A stretch of DNA of 32,000 nucleotides from Bacillus subtilis subsp. subtilis str. 168 (lineage in GTDB: Bacteria; Bacillota; Bacilli; Bacillales; Bacillaceae). The stretch covers positions 1,560,001-1,592,000 of the forward strand of contig NC_000964.3 of assembly GCF_000009045.1 (NCBI RefSeq). The letters run 5' to 3'. The notes beneath the pieces were generated by a model. The model saw only the letters and a list, made by a program, of their open reading frames with translations. It was not told the DNA's origin and searched no databases. Positions 1 through 9,236 of this stretch are shown one piece after another; position 1 is the first letter of the stretch; the number at the start of each line of letters is the position of its first letter. The translations under genes were made by a program, and so were the position numbers.

Positions 1-1
1 A

Positions 2-226
2 ATTATTGTGTGGGTTGCGTGCCTGATGCCGCTTCCGTTTTTCCTTGGTAGCCTGGGTCTTCCGATTGTCATTCTCGGCTTGCTGTTAAATATCGGCTGG
101 CTGATTCTTGGCTTAATGGGATTCCGCTCCAAGAATATCATGAAGTGGGCAACGCAGATGTTCGTTTACTCGCTTAACTACATGACAATCTATTTCGTTG
201 CCATGGTTGTCTTGACGCTTTTCTAA
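2..226 (+). CDS. ctaB: Protoheme IX farnesyltransferase (heme O synthase), C-terminal fragment
   Basis: Open frame from the window edge (IIVWVACLMPLPFFLG...YFVAMVVLTLF*); hydrophobic UbiA-family-like tail immediately upstream of ctaC. Confidence 0.9.
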   Translation: MIVWVACLMPLPFFLGSLGLPIVILGLLLNIGWLILGLMGFRSKNIMKWATQMFVYSLNYMTIYFVAMVVLTLF

Positions 227-283
227 AAAATAGATATGATGCTTGTTTTATCGCTTCAAAATAAACGATGACAACTAGTAAAT

Positions 284-325
284 GCCGCCTTGACCTCTTG
301 TTTAATCAGGCGGCTTTACTTTTAT
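284..325 (+). terminator. Probable rho-independent terminator between ctaB and ctaC
   Basis: Inverted repeat GCCGCCT (284-290) / AGGCGGC (308-314) followed by TTTACTTTTAT. Confidence 0.65.
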
Positions 326-465
326 ACATAGATGGCATTTTGAGTAAAAAAACTCATAATTTAAGAGAAGAGGAAATGTAAGTGCTTTATTGGTGATAGG
401 TTGGATGGCGATAGATTTCGATCCGCTTTCCGCCTTTGTATTGACCAGAAAAGGGGTTGGGTGAA

Positions 466-1536
466 ATGGTAAAGCATTGGCGTCTTATTTTATTATTAGC
501 CTTAGTGCCGCTTCTATTAAGCGGATGTGGAAAACCTTTTTTATCCACGCTCAAGCCTGCTGGCGAGGTGGCTGATAAACAGTATGACCTGACAGTGCTC
601 AGCACATTGATTATGGTGGTTGTTGTTGCAGTAGTATCTGTTATCTTCTTTTATGTGATTGTGAGATTCAGAAGATCACGGGTCGGTGAGAACACGATAC
701 CGAAACAGGTAGAGGGGAATAAATTTTTAGAAATCACATGGACCGTGATCCCGATTTTGCTGCTCATTATTCTTGTGATTCCTGTTGTATTATATACGCT
801 GGAGCTAGCGGACACATCACCAATGGATAAAAAAGGCCGCAAAGCTGAGGATGCTCTTGTAGTCAATGTTAGGGCAAATTTATACTGGTGGGAGTTTGAG
901 TACCCTGATTACGGCATTATCACAAGCCAGGAGCTGATTGTACCGACAGATCAGCGTGTATATTTTAATTTAAAAGCCTCTGATGTAAAACATTCCTTCT
1001 GGATTCCTTCAGTTGGAGGAAAACTTGATACGAATACGGATAATGAAAATAAGTTCTTCCTGACATTTGATTCAAAACGAAGCAAAGAGGCAGGAGATAT
1101 GTTTTTTGGGAAGTGTGCAGAGCTTTGCGGCCCTTCACATGCGCTGATGGATTTTAAGGTGAAGACGATGTCTGCAAAAGAATTTCAGGGCTGGACAAAA
1201 GAAATGAAGAACTATAAGTCTACAGCAGAGAGCGATTTGGCTAAGCAGGGTGAAGAACTGTTTAAAGAGAAAAACTGCCTGAGCTGCCATGCGGTAGAGC
1301 CGAATGATAAGCGTGCAGAAGCCGCTAGAACGGCACCTAACTTGGCGACCTTCGGTGAAAGGACAAAAGTGGCAGGGGTGAAAGAGGCCAACAAAGAAAA
1401 TGTGAAGGCTTGGCTGAAGGACCCTGACAGCATAAAGCCGGGGAACAAAATGACAGGCACATATCCAAAGCTCTCAGACAGCGAAACAAATGCGCTTTAT
1501 GAATACTTAAAAGGCTTAAAAGCGGAAAGCAAGTAG
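466..1536 (+). CDS. ctaC: Cytochrome caa3 oxidase subunit II (lipoprotein with CuA domain and C-terminal cytochrome c domain)
   Basis: Lipobox LLSGC; CuA motif CAELCGPSH; haem c motif CLSCH. ATG at 466 preceded by AAGGGG; the track start at 457 (TTG) is less likely. Confidence 0.97.
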   Translation: MVKHWRLILLLALVPLLLSGCGKPFLSTLKPAGEVADKQYDLTVLSTLIMVVVVAVVSVIFFYVIVRFRRSRVGENTIPKQVEGNKFLEITWTVIPILLLIILVIPVVLYTLELADTSPMDKKGRKAEDALVVNVRANLYWWEFEYPDYGIITSQELIVPTDQRVYFNLKASDVKHSFWIPSVGGKLDTNTDNENKFFLTFDSKRSKEAGDMFFGKCAELCGPSHALMDFKVKTMSAKEFQGWTKEMKNYKSTAESDLAKQGEELFKEKNCLSCHAVEPNDKRAEAARTAPNLATFGERTKVAGVKEANKENVKAWLKDPDSIKPGNKMTGTYPKLSDSETNALYEYLKGLKAESK

Positions 1537-1568
1537 GGAAGAAAGGGAGATATTGGGGGAGGTCACAT

Positions 1569-3437
1569 ATGTTGAATGCGCTTACAGAAAAGCGGACGCG
1601 CGGATCTATGCTTTGGGATTATTTGACGACGGTGGACCATAAAAAAATCGCAATTCTTTATTTAGTGGCAGGGGGATTCTTCTTTCTTGTCGGGGGAATT
1701 GAAGCGATGTTTATCAGAATTCAGCTTGCAAAGCCGGAAAATGCGTTTCTCAGTGCTCAAGCGTACAATGAAGTAATGACTATGCACGGAACGACGATGA
1801 TCTTTCTGGCTGCGATGCCGCTCTTATTTGCCTTGATGAATGCGGTTGTGCCTTTGCAGATCGGGGCTCGGGACGTTTCGTTTCCATTTTTAAACGCGCT
1901 TGGTTTTTGGCTCTTCTTTTTCGGGGGCATTTTCTTAAATCTAAGCTGGTTTTTGGGCGGAGCGCCAGATGCGGGCTGGACATCATATGCCTCACTTTCG
2001 CTTCATTCTAAAGGGCACGGCATAGACTTTTTCGTCCTCGGACTCCAAATATCGGGGCTCGGGACGCTGATAGCCGGGATTAACTTTTTGGCCACGATTA
2101 TCAACATGAGGGCTCCGGGCATGACGTATATGAGGCTGCCTTTGTTTACATGGACGACATTTGTGGCCTCGGCATTGATTTTGTTCGCGTTTCCGCCGCT
2201 TACGGTTGGATTGGCTCTCATGATGCTGGATCGGCTGTTCGGAACCAATTTCTTTAATCCGGAGCTTGGCGGAAATACGGTCATTTGGGAACATTTATTT
2301 TGGATCTTCGGCCACCCGGAGGTTTATATCCTAATTTTGCCTGCATTCGGTATTTTTTCTGAGGTCATCCCTGTGTTCGCCAGAAAGCGTTTGTTTGGCT
2401 ATTCTTCAATGGTTTTTGCAATCGTGCTCATTGGCTTTCTGGGCTTTATGGTTTGGGTGCACCACATGTTCACGACTGGTCTCGGCCCGATTGCAAATGC
2501 GATTTTTGCGGTTGCAACAATGGCTATCGCGATTCCGACCGGGATTAAGATTTTTAACTGGCTGTTGACGATTTGGGGAGGAAATGTGAAGTATACAACC
2601 GCTATGCTGTATGCTGTCTCATTTATTCCATCCTTTGTGCTCGGCGGTGTGACGGGAGTCATGCTGGCAGCTGCTGCGGCTGATTATCAGTTTCATGATA
2701 CGTATTTTGTGGTTGCGCACTTCCACTACGTCATTATTGGCGGCGTTGTATTCGGCCTTTTAGCCGGTGTTCATTTCTGGTGGCCGAAAATGTTCGGTAA
2801 AATTCTGCATGAAACGATGGGGAAAATTTCATTTGTATTGTTTTTTATCGGCTTTCACCTCACGTTTTTCATTCAGCATTTTGTCGGCTTAATGGGGATG
2901 CCGCGCCGGGTTTATACGTTTTTGCCAGGACAGGGTCTGGAAACCGGCAACTTGATCAGTACAATCGGGGCGTTTTTTATGGCGGCAGCTGTTATTCTTC
3001 TGCTGGTCAATGTCATATGGACATCGGTAAAAGGTGAATATGTAGGTGCTGATCCATGGCATGACGGACGTACGCTGGAATGGACCGTTTCTTCACCGCC
3101 GCCGGAGTATAACTTTAAACAGCTTCCTTTTGTCAGAGGACTTGATCCGCTTTGGATCGAGAAGCAGGCAGGGCACAAATCAATGACGCCGGCGGAACCG
3201 GTTGATGATATTCATATGCCAAACGGCTCAATCCTGCCGCTCATCATTTCCTTCGGCCTTTTTGTCGCAGCGTTCGGGCTGCTGTACAGAAGTGATTACG
3301 CTTGGGGCCTGCCGGTGATCTTTATCGGGCTCGGCATCACATTTATTACGATGCTGCTTCGTTCAGTAATTGATGATCACGGCTATCATATTCATAAAGA
3401 GGAACTGCCGAACGATGATAAAGGGGTGAAGGCATAA
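1569..3437 (+). CDS. ctaD: Cytochrome caa3 oxidase subunit I
   Basis: 622 aa haem-copper oxidase subunit I: WTVD-like N-terminus, HPEVYI, VWVHHMFTTG, HFHYVIIGG. Confidence 0.98.
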   Translation: MLNALTEKRTRGSMLWDYLTTVDHKKIAILYLVAGGFFFLVGGIEAMFIRIQLAKPENAFLSAQAYNEVMTMHGTTMIFLAAMPLLFALMNAVVPLQIGARDVSFPFLNALGFWLFFFGGIFLNLSWFLGGAPDAGWTSYASLSLHSKGHGIDFFVLGLQISGLGTLIAGINFLATIINMRAPGMTYMRLPLFTWTTFVASALILFAFPPLTVGLALMMLDRLFGTNFFNPELGGNTVIWEHLFWIFGHPEVYILILPAFGIFSEVIPVFARKRLFGYSSMVFAIVLIGFLGFMVWVHHMFTTGLGPIANAIFAVATMAIAIPTGIKIFNWLLTIWGGNVKYTTAMLYAVSFIPSFVLGGVTGVMLAAAAADYQFHDTYFVVAHFHYVIIGGVVFGLLAGVHFWWPKMFGKILHETMGKISFVLFFIGFHLTFFIQHFVGLMGMPRRVYTFLPGQGLETGNLISTIGAFFMAAAVILLLVNVIWTSVKGEYVGADPWHDGRTLEWTVSSPPPEYNFKQLPFVRGLDPLWIEKQAGHKSMTPAEPVDDIHMPNGSILPLIISFGLFVAAFGLLYRSDYAWGLPVIFIGLGITFITMLLRSVIDDHGYHIHKEELPNDDKGVKA

Positions 3438-4060
3438 TGCAAGTTCAAGAAAAATTCACCGCAGAAACCTTTCCAGCTTCTCCTGAAAAAGTAACCCTGG
3501 AAGGGAAAAATAAATTTTTAGGCTTTTGGCTTTTTCTTGGCGGAGAGACTGTTCTGTTTGCGTCTCTCTTCGCCACGTTTCTTGCGCTTCGGAATTCAAA
3601 TGCCGGTGATCCGCCTACGACGGAAATGTTCGATGTGACACTTGTATTCATTGCCACAATGCTTCTATTAACGAGCAGTTTAACGAGTGTGTACGCGATG
3701 TACCACATGAAGAACTTTTCCTTCGGCAAGATGCAGCTTTGGCTGGGAATTACGATTTTATTGGGGGCGGGCTTTTTAGGACTGGAAATCTATGAGTTCA
3801 AGCATTACACCCATGAATTTGGCTTTACCATCACAAGCTCTGCCCTTGGTTCTGCGTTTTACACGCTTGTCGGTACACACGGCGCCCACGTGGCATTTGG
3901 GCTTATGTGGATCAGCACGCTTATGATCCGCAATGCCAAGAGAGGGCTGAATCTGTATACGGCGCCTAAGTTTTACGTTGCCAGCCTTTATTGGCACTTT
4001 ATTGATGTCGTGTGGGTCTTCATCTTTACCGTTGTATATTTAATGGGGATGGTGGGATAA
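3437..4060 (+). CDS. ctaE: Cytochrome caa3 oxidase subunit III
   Basis: 207 aa; start codon overlaps the ctaD stop (TAATG); subunit III features (GTHGAHVAFG, YWHFIDVVWVFIF). Confidence 0.97.
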   Translation: MQVQEKFTAETFPASPEKVTLEGKNKFLGFWLFLGGETVLFASLFATFLALRNSNAGDPPTTEMFDVTLVFIATMLLLTSSLTSVYAMYHMKNFSFGKMQLWLGITILLGAGFLGLEIYEFKHYTHEFGFTITSSALGSAFYTLVGTHGAHVAFGLMWISTLMIRNAKRGLNLYTAPKFYVASLYWHFIDVVWVFIFTVVYLMGMVG

Positions 4061-4062
4061 AC

Positions 4063-4395
4063 ATGGTCGATAAAAAAAGCAGAGGGCATATCAATAGCGA
4101 CCTTGAATTTAAGAAAAAAAAGCATGCCCGGGAGATGAAATATCAAGTCCTGTCTTTTGGTTTAATGATCGGTCTTACGATTGTTGCATTTCTGACTGTG
4201 GCCACGGACGGTGTCGGCAGCTGGTTTACGATTCCTTTCATTATTTTGCTAGCTGCAATTCAAGTCATTTTTCAGCTGTATTATTTCATGCATATGAATC
4301 AGAAAGGGCATGAGGCGCCGGCACTGTTTTTGTATTCAGGGGTGTTTGTCGCGTTTATCACTGTGCTTGCGTTTGTGACAATTATATGGTGGTAA
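4063..4395 (+). CDS. ctaF: Cytochrome caa3 oxidase subunit IV
   Basis: ATG at 4063 (MVDKKSRGHINSDLEF...), 110 aa; small membrane protein directly after ctaE. Track ORF starts further upstream inside ctaE. Confidence 0.95.
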   Translation: MVDKKSRGHINSDLEFKKKKHAREMKYQVLSFGLMIGLTIVAFLTVATDGVGSWFTIPFIILLAAIQVIFQLYYFMHMNQKGHEAPALFLYSGVFVAFITVLAFVTIIWW

Positions 4396-4421
4396 TTTGA
4401 ACAGCCGCCGGAGGTGAAGAA

Positions 4422-5315
4422 ATGAATCAGTTGGAGATATTTGGGTTTCGCGCGATGTGGAGCCCTTATCTTTTTTGTATCCTGTTAGGCATTACGGCGC
4501 TTTATCTCTATTTTTACAGGCGAATGTCTTCAAAGCCGAATCGAATAACTGGTAAAGAGATGGTGTGCTTTCTGTCGGCGATGCTGTTTTTATATGCAGC
4601 CGAGGGAAGCCCGGTTGATCTGCTCGGACATATTATGTTCAGTGCGCATATGGTGCAGATGGCCGTCCTGTATTTGGTTGTCCCGCCGCTGTTAATCGCG
4701 GGGATTCCTGCATGGCTCTGGGAAAAAATCATTTTCAGGCCTTCAATCAAACCGGTTTTTTCCTTTTTTACGACGCCTTTAATTGCTTTGCTTTTGTTTA
4801 ACGGCATTTTTTCTTTATATCATGTACCGCTTATATTTGATACTGTCAAAACAGATCCGTTTTACCATACATTAATCACTTGGCTTATCTTTGTGCTTGC
4901 GTTCTTCATGTGGTGGCCGCTTGTTCATAAGGTTGAGCGTCTACGGCAGCTCAGCGGCTTGATGAAGCTGGGTTATATTATGGCGGACGGTATGCTGCTC
5001 ACACCTGCTTGCGCCTTGATCATGTTCAGCGGTGCACCGTTATACGCCACCTATACAGATCCGGCTTTATGGGCTGAGGCAATGAGGCTTTGCGTGCCAG
5101 CGGATATGATGGGGCAGGTCCCATTAACAGGGCCAGAGATGTTGAATACACTGCCTTTGTTAGAGGATCAGCAGCTCGGAGCAGTCATGATGAAAATCAT
5201 TCAGGAAATTGTGTACGGTACTTTTTTGGCCGTTATTTTTTTCCAATGGGTGAAGAAAGAAAGGGAAAAGGACGGGCAGGAGGAGCCGCCGTATATTCAG
5301 CAGACGATATCATAA
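4422..5315 (+). CDS. ctaG: Cytochrome caa3 oxidase assembly protein CtaG
   Basis: 297 aa polytopic membrane protein; GGAGG upstream of ATG; position directly downstream of ctaF. Confidence 0.95.
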
Positions 5316-5346
5316 AAGGTACAGCGAAATATGCTGTACCTTTTCG
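5312..5346. terminator. Hairpin terminator between convergent ctaG and ylbA, possibly bidirectional
   Basis: 12-bp perfect stem AAAAGGTACAGC (5314-5325) / GCTGTACCTTTT (5333-5344). Confidence 0.8.
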
Positions 5347-5709
5347 TTACATTTGAACTGTTTTTAACATGTTGGCTATGTCCTGAATCAGTGCCTTGCT
5401 TTTTGTCACAACCTGTACGGGAAACTCTTCCGTTTCTCCATATTCTACTCCATGAGGGTAGTAATGCTTTCCTAGGAGAGGGGACATTAATTGAATCACG
5501 GCGCGCCCGCTTCCGACATCGCCTTCTGCCGCAATACCTTGTATCCGCAGGTAAAACGTACCCTCAATCGTCGAAAACTTCTTGTCATAGGTGACTCTCT
5601 CGTAATCCCATTGACCCGCTCTGATAAGACCTTTGCTTTCCATTAAGTCGTCTAGCCAGCTGAGCTCAGCCTTAACCCCTTCAAGTCCGCTTTCAGTAAA
5701 CTTCAACAC
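5347..5709 (-). CDS. ylbA: Conserved hypothetical protein YlbA
   Basis: About 120 aa from a non-ATG start (GTG/TTG; VLKFTESGLEG...) preceded by AAGGAGGGG; track ORF is N-terminally over-extended. Confidence 0.85.
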   Translation of the reverse strand: MLKFTESGLEGVKAELSWLDDLMESKGLIRAGQWDYERVTYDKKFSTIEGTFYLRIQGIAAEGDVGSGRAVIQLMSPLLGKHYYPHGVEYGETEEFPVQVVTKSKALIQDIANMLKTVQM

Positions 5710-5848
5710 TGACCCCTCCTTATAAAAATTACCTTTCCTGACAATCATAGTATGAAAGCGTTAAACTTTCAATGAATCTTCTTCTTTTGAAAGTATGCAA
5801 AAATTAAATTTTGACGACAATAGCACTAGACTAAAGGAGGTTAAACGG

Positions 5849-6295
5849 ATGACAAAAATAAAAGATCTGATGACAGCCGACTTGCAATATTGCACGGTAT
5901 TAGATAATGTATATGAAGCTGCAGTAAAGATGAAGGACGCAAATGTAGGAGCGATACCGGTAGTTGATGAGGACGGGGAAACATTGGTCGGCATCGTAAC
6001 CGACCGCGATCTCGTATTAAGAGGAATCGCCATCAAAAAACCGAACTCGCAAAAAATCACTGACGCGATGACTGAAAAACCTGTCAGTGTGGAGGAAGAT
6101 GCTTCAGTCGATGAGGTTCTTCATTTGATGGCATCGCATCAGCTCAGAAGGATACCAGTTACAAAAAATAAAAAACTGACTGGAATTGTCACGCTTGGTG
6201 ATCTTTCTTTATCTGAGCAAACGAATGAACGTGCCGGCAGCGCCTTATCGGATATTTCCGAAGGGGATAATAGAGAAGAAGGCTTTTTTCATTAA
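5849..6295 (+). CDS. ylbB: CBS-domain protein YlbB
   Basis: ATG at 5849 after AAAGGAGG; 148 aa with two CBS repeats (VGAIPVVDEDG...GIVTDRDLVLR; RRIPVTKNKKLTGIVTLGDL). Confidence 0.93.
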   Translation: MTKIKDLMTADLQYCTVLDNVYEAAVKMKDANVGAIPVVDEDGETLVGIVTDRDLVLRGIAIKKPNSQKITDAMTEKPVSVEEDASVDEVLHLMASHQLRRIPVTKNKKLTGIVTLGDLSLSEQTNERAGSALSDISEGDNREEGFFH

Positions 6296-6307
6296 CACAT
6301 AAATCTT

Positions 6308-6336
6308 TGACATGTTAAATAGGCTGTATTGTAATG
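6308..6336 (+). promoter_or_regulatory. Candidate sigma-A-type promoter upstream of ylbC
   Basis: TTGACA (6308-6313), 17-nt spacer, TGTAAT (6331-6336). Confidence 0.5.
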
Positions 6337-6378
6337 GGATGTAAACAAGAGATTGTGAATCGCCACGGGGGTGATAGA

Positions 6379-7419
6379 TTGAAAAATATATTGAGAGCAA
6401 TGGTTATCCTTTTGATTATCTGCGGAACCTATGTTCTGTTTATTCAATATGGATCTGTTCCTGAAAAGAAATCAAATGACAGCGAGCCTCAGGTGTCGAA
6501 TGAGGAAGCGCAAAGCGGCAAACGAATACATATGCCGACTTCAGGGTTATTGTCCTTCATGGGCAAGCACGCCGATGAAGTAACGAAAAAGCTTGGGGAA
6601 CCTGAACGTATTGACCCTTCGGCTTATGATTACGATTGGTGGGTATACAATCAAGGTAAGGATCAATATATCCAAATCGGGGTATTAAACAATAAAGTGG
6701 TCACATTATTCGCGTCGGGTAATGATATTAACGCCAAGCCTTTCAAAATTGGAGAATCAACTGGCGAAGTATTCAAGACCACCCAGGTGGCACCATTTGT
6801 GAATGTAGAGTATAAAGGAAATTCCTATCGGTTTGAATTTTCTGAAGAAGATATCAATACAAGACCGACTGTAAAGGTAGGAAAGATGTATGTCCAGCTG
6901 TATATGGACAAATTTGAGGGGAAGCTATCCAGCATCAGGGCGTTTGATGCGCAGACCTTTGTAAAGCAAAGACCTTATGAGGTAGTGTACCGCGGGGAAT
7001 TAATTAAACCGAAAGCCGTTTCAGATGAGAAATGGAAAAAGATCCAAACAACGAGCGAAAAGCAAATCCTTGATTTGACGAATGTCATACGCGTTAAACA
7101 TGGACTTGCGAAGCTTGAGTGGGATCAGCCAACGGCGGAAGTGGCATTTGGGCATAGTGAGGATATGAAGGAAAATAATTATTTCTCCCATGTCTCTAAA
7201 AAATACGGCTCGCTGAAAGACCGCTTAGAAGAAGGGCATGTTGATTTTCAGCAAGCGGGAGAAAATATCGCATACAATTATGTGGACGGTCCGGCTGCTG
7301 TAGAAGGCTGGCTGAATAGCGAAGGCCATCGAAAAGCGCTTCTGAATTCAGATTATACGCATCTTGGTGTCGGAGTAGACCGGAAATATTACACCCAAAA
7401 CTTTATTAAGCGATGGTAA
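6379..7419 (+). CDS. ylbC: CAP/SCP (PR-1-like) domain protein with N-terminal membrane segment, YlbC
   Basis: TTG at 6379 after GGGGGTGAT; 346 aa; CAP-domain region NVIRVKHGLAKLEWDQPTAEVAFGHSEDMKENNYFSHVS...AGENIAYN. Confidence 0.9.
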   Translation: MKNILRAMVILLIICGTYVLFIQYGSVPEKKSNDSEPQVSNEEAQSGKRIHMPTSGLLSFMGKHADEVTKKLGEPERIDPSAYDYDWWVYNQGKDQYIQIGVLNNKVVTLFASGNDINAKPFKIGESTGEVFKTTQVAPFVNVEYKGNSYRFEFSEEDINTRPTVKVGKMYVQLYMDKFEGKLSSIRAFDAQTFVKQRPYEVVYRGELIKPKAVSDEKWKKIQTTSEKQILDLTNVIRVKHGLAKLEWDQPTAEVAFGHSEDMKENNYFSHVSKKYGSLKDRLEEGHVDFQQAGENIAYNYVDGPAAVEGWLNSEGHRKALLNSDYTHLGVGVDRKYYTQNFIKRW

Positions 7420-7420
7420 T

Positions 7421-7455
7421 GAAAGCCGCGGACGAATGGTTCCCGGCTTTTTCTA
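7421..7455 (+). terminator. Rho-independent terminator after ylbC
   Basis: AAAGCCG ... CGGCTTT inverted repeat followed by TTTCTATTT, directly after the ylbC stop. Confidence 0.65.
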
Positions 7456-7650
7456 TTTCCATACAAGCTGGTCTGAATGAATGTGCTGATAGCTTACAGA
7501 TAAGGCCGTTTCCCATCCCTTCAGTCAGGCTTTTTCACCAGTGTATAGGGATATCGCTAAAAATTCATTTGGGAATGAATATAGGCGAACACAATGCCCG
7601 ACAAAACGATACATTGTAGTAGGTAACGATTTTCGGAGGGGGTGAGGATT

Positions 7651-8049
7651 GTGGCGAATCAACATGCCAATCATTCAATCAATGACTTTAAACAATTCGT
7701 CAAAAAGCATCCCAAGCTGATAAAAGAAGTGCGCAAAGAACAAAGAAGCTGGCAGGACGTATATGAAAATTGGGTCCTCTTCGGGGAGAGCGACCCGATT
7801 TGGGATCCATATCGGGAACCGGAAGAAGCTTCTGAAGCTGTGCCTGAAACACCGCAAAAAAATGATTTTGTCTCGAAAATGGTGACAGCGGTGAAAAAGA
7901 TGGATGTCAATCAAATGAACGAACAAATCAATAAAATGAGCCAGTCGATCTCATCGTTGCAAAGCCTTCTTAATACATTTTCCGGAAGCGGACAGAAGCA
8001 TTCTCAGCCAGGCTCTGGACAGCATCCTTTTTCTTTTCGAAAGGATTAA
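7651..8049 (+). CDS. ylbD: YlbD, putative spore coat protein
   Basis: GTG at 7651 after GGAGGGGGTGAGG; 132 aa (VANQHANHSINDFKQFVKKHPKL...); syntenic with ylbE/ylbF. Confidence 0.88.
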   Translation: MANQHANHSINDFKQFVKKHPKLIKEVRKEQRSWQDVYENWVLFGESDPIWDPYREPEEASEAVPETPQKNDFVSKMVTAVKKMDVNQMNEQINKMSQSISSLQSLLNTFSGSGQKHSQPGSGQHPFSFRKD

Positions 8050-8064
8050 AAAAGGGGAGCTCAT

Positions 8065-8304
8065 ATGCGCAAAGAGGTTCAGGAATATATTTTAGCAAAC
8101 GAAGAACGGAAACGATTCATCAGAGAACAGCCGATATGGTACCGCAGGCTTTCAAGAAAACCGGATGATCTGTCCTCCTTTCAGCTTGAAATGATGAATT
8201 TTTATGAAAAAACCATTCCGCATCGGGTGAATCAGTTTACGAACGGGATTCAAATGGCGCAAATGATGATGCAAATGTTTCAAGCGATGCGGACAAAAGA
8301 TTAA
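8065..8304 (+). CDS. ylbE: YlbE-like conserved protein
   Basis: 79 aa ORF with GGGGAG upstream; MRKEVQEYILANEERKRFIREQPIWYRRLSR... Confidence 0.9.
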   Translation: MRKEVQEYILANEERKRFIREQPIWYRRLSRKPDDLSSFQLEMMNFYEKTIPHRVNQFTNGIQMAQMMMQMFQAMRTKD

Positions 8305-8330
8305 AAGGCCCCGAAGAAGGGTCTTTTTTC
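8304..8330 (+). terminator. Rho-independent terminator after ylbE
   Basis: AAAAGGCCC / GGGTCTTTT stem with one G-U pair, ending in TTTTTT. Confidence 0.75.
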
Positions 8331-8419
8331 ATGCGGTCATAAGGTTTTGTTGGCGGCTGCGGTTAAGCATTTTCCAATTGGCTGGTTTCATGGTAAACTA
8401 ACAACTGGAGGTGCATGTT

Positions 8420-8869
8420 ATGTATGCGACGATGGAATCCGTGCGGCTTCAAAGTGAAGCTCAGCAGCTTGCCGAGATGATTCTGCAGTCGGAGACGGCT
8501 GAGAACTACCGCAATTGTTACAAGCGTCTCCAGGAAGATGAAGAGGCAGGTCGGATTATTCGTTCTTTTATCAAAATAAAAGAGCAGTATGAGGATGTAC
8601 AGCGTTTTGGCAAATATCATCCTGACTATAGAGAAATATCCCGGAAAATGAGGGAGATCAAACGTGAGCTGGACCTGAACGATAAGGTGGCTGACTTCAA
8701 GAGAGCTGAAAATGAGCTCCAGTCCATTCTTGATGAGGTCAGCGTTGAGATTGGGACAGCTGTTTCGGAGCATGTGAAAGTTCCGACTGGGAACCCTTAT
8801 TTTGACGGTTTGTCTTCATGCGGAGGCGGCTGCGGTTCAGGCGGAAGCTGCGGATGTAAAGTGTCCTGA
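8420..8869 (+). CDS. ricF: YlbF/RicF, component of the RicA-RicF-RicT (Y) complex acting with RNase Y
   Basis: ATG at 8420 after CTGGAGGT; 149 aa; com_ylbF family helical protein with Gly/Cys-rich tail CGGGCGSGGSCGCKVS. Confidence 0.93.
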   Translation: MYATMESVRLQSEAQQLAEMILQSETAENYRNCYKRLQEDEEAGRIIRSFIKIKEQYEDVQRFGKYHPDYREISRKMREIKRELDLNDKVADFKRAENELQSILDEVSVEIGTAVSEHVKVPTGNPYFDGLSSCGGGCGSGGSCGCKVS

Positions 8870-8893
8870 CGAGACTGGCCGTCTCGTCTTTTA
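8868..8893 (+). terminator. Rho-independent terminator overlapping the ylbF stop
   Basis: GACGAGA (8868-8874) / TCTCGTC (8882-8888) followed by TTTTA. Confidence 0.7.
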
Positions 8894-8923
8894 CATATAA
8901 GAGAAAACAGGCAGGTGATTGTA

Positions 8924-9196
8924 TTGGAGAATAGGCGCCAGGGCATGGTTGTGTATCTGCACTCCCTAAAGCAGAGCAAAATGCTGAGGAAGTTCGGGAA
9001 TGTGCACTATGTATCAAAACGATTAAAATATGTCGTACTGTACTGTGATATGGACCAAATTGAAAAAACAATGGACAAGATTGCGTCTTACTCATTTGTG
9101 AAAAAAGTGGAGCCTTCTTATAAACCGTTTTTAAAATTGGAATTCGAGTCAAAGCTTGATAAGGCAAAAGAATACGATTATAAAATCGGCATATAG
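8924..9196 (+). CDS. ylbG: YlbG family protein (DUF2129)
   Basis: TTG at 8924, 90 aa ([25 protein letters not shown]...); track start at 8915 is three codons upstream. Confidence 0.88.
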   Translation: MENRRQGMVVYLHSLKQSKMLRKFGNVHYVSKRLKYVVLYCDMDQIEKTMDKIASYSFVKKVEPSYKPFLKLEFESKLDKAKEYDYKIGI

Positions 9197-9202
9197 CTAT
9201 AA

Positions 9203-9236
9203 AAAAATCCCCGCAGGCATCTGCGGGGTCCTTCTA
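9203..9236 (+). terminator. Rho-independent terminator after ylbG
   Basis: CCCCGCAG (9209-9216) / CTGCGGGG (9221-9228) with A-run upstream and a weak CCTTCTATT tail. Confidence 0.75.

Noticed and set aside
376-395. Possible CcpA cre site (ATGTAAGTGCTTTATT)
   Set aside because: At least three mismatches to the cre consensus, including core positions; not called as a feature.
1780-2662. Minus-strand ORFs (71, 100, 93, 87 aa) inside ctaD
   Set aside because: Antisense to a clear haem-copper oxidase gene, low-complexity composition, no SD, no family resemblance; expected shadow ORFs.
5761-6060. 99-aa minus-strand ORF over ylbB
   Set aside because: Antisense to a well-supported CBS-domain gene; Ser/Phe/Leu-rich shadow composition.
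7413-7619. 68-aa plus-strand ORF after ylbC
   Set aside because: Starts in the ylbC stop region, spans its terminator and has no SD; unlikely to be coding.
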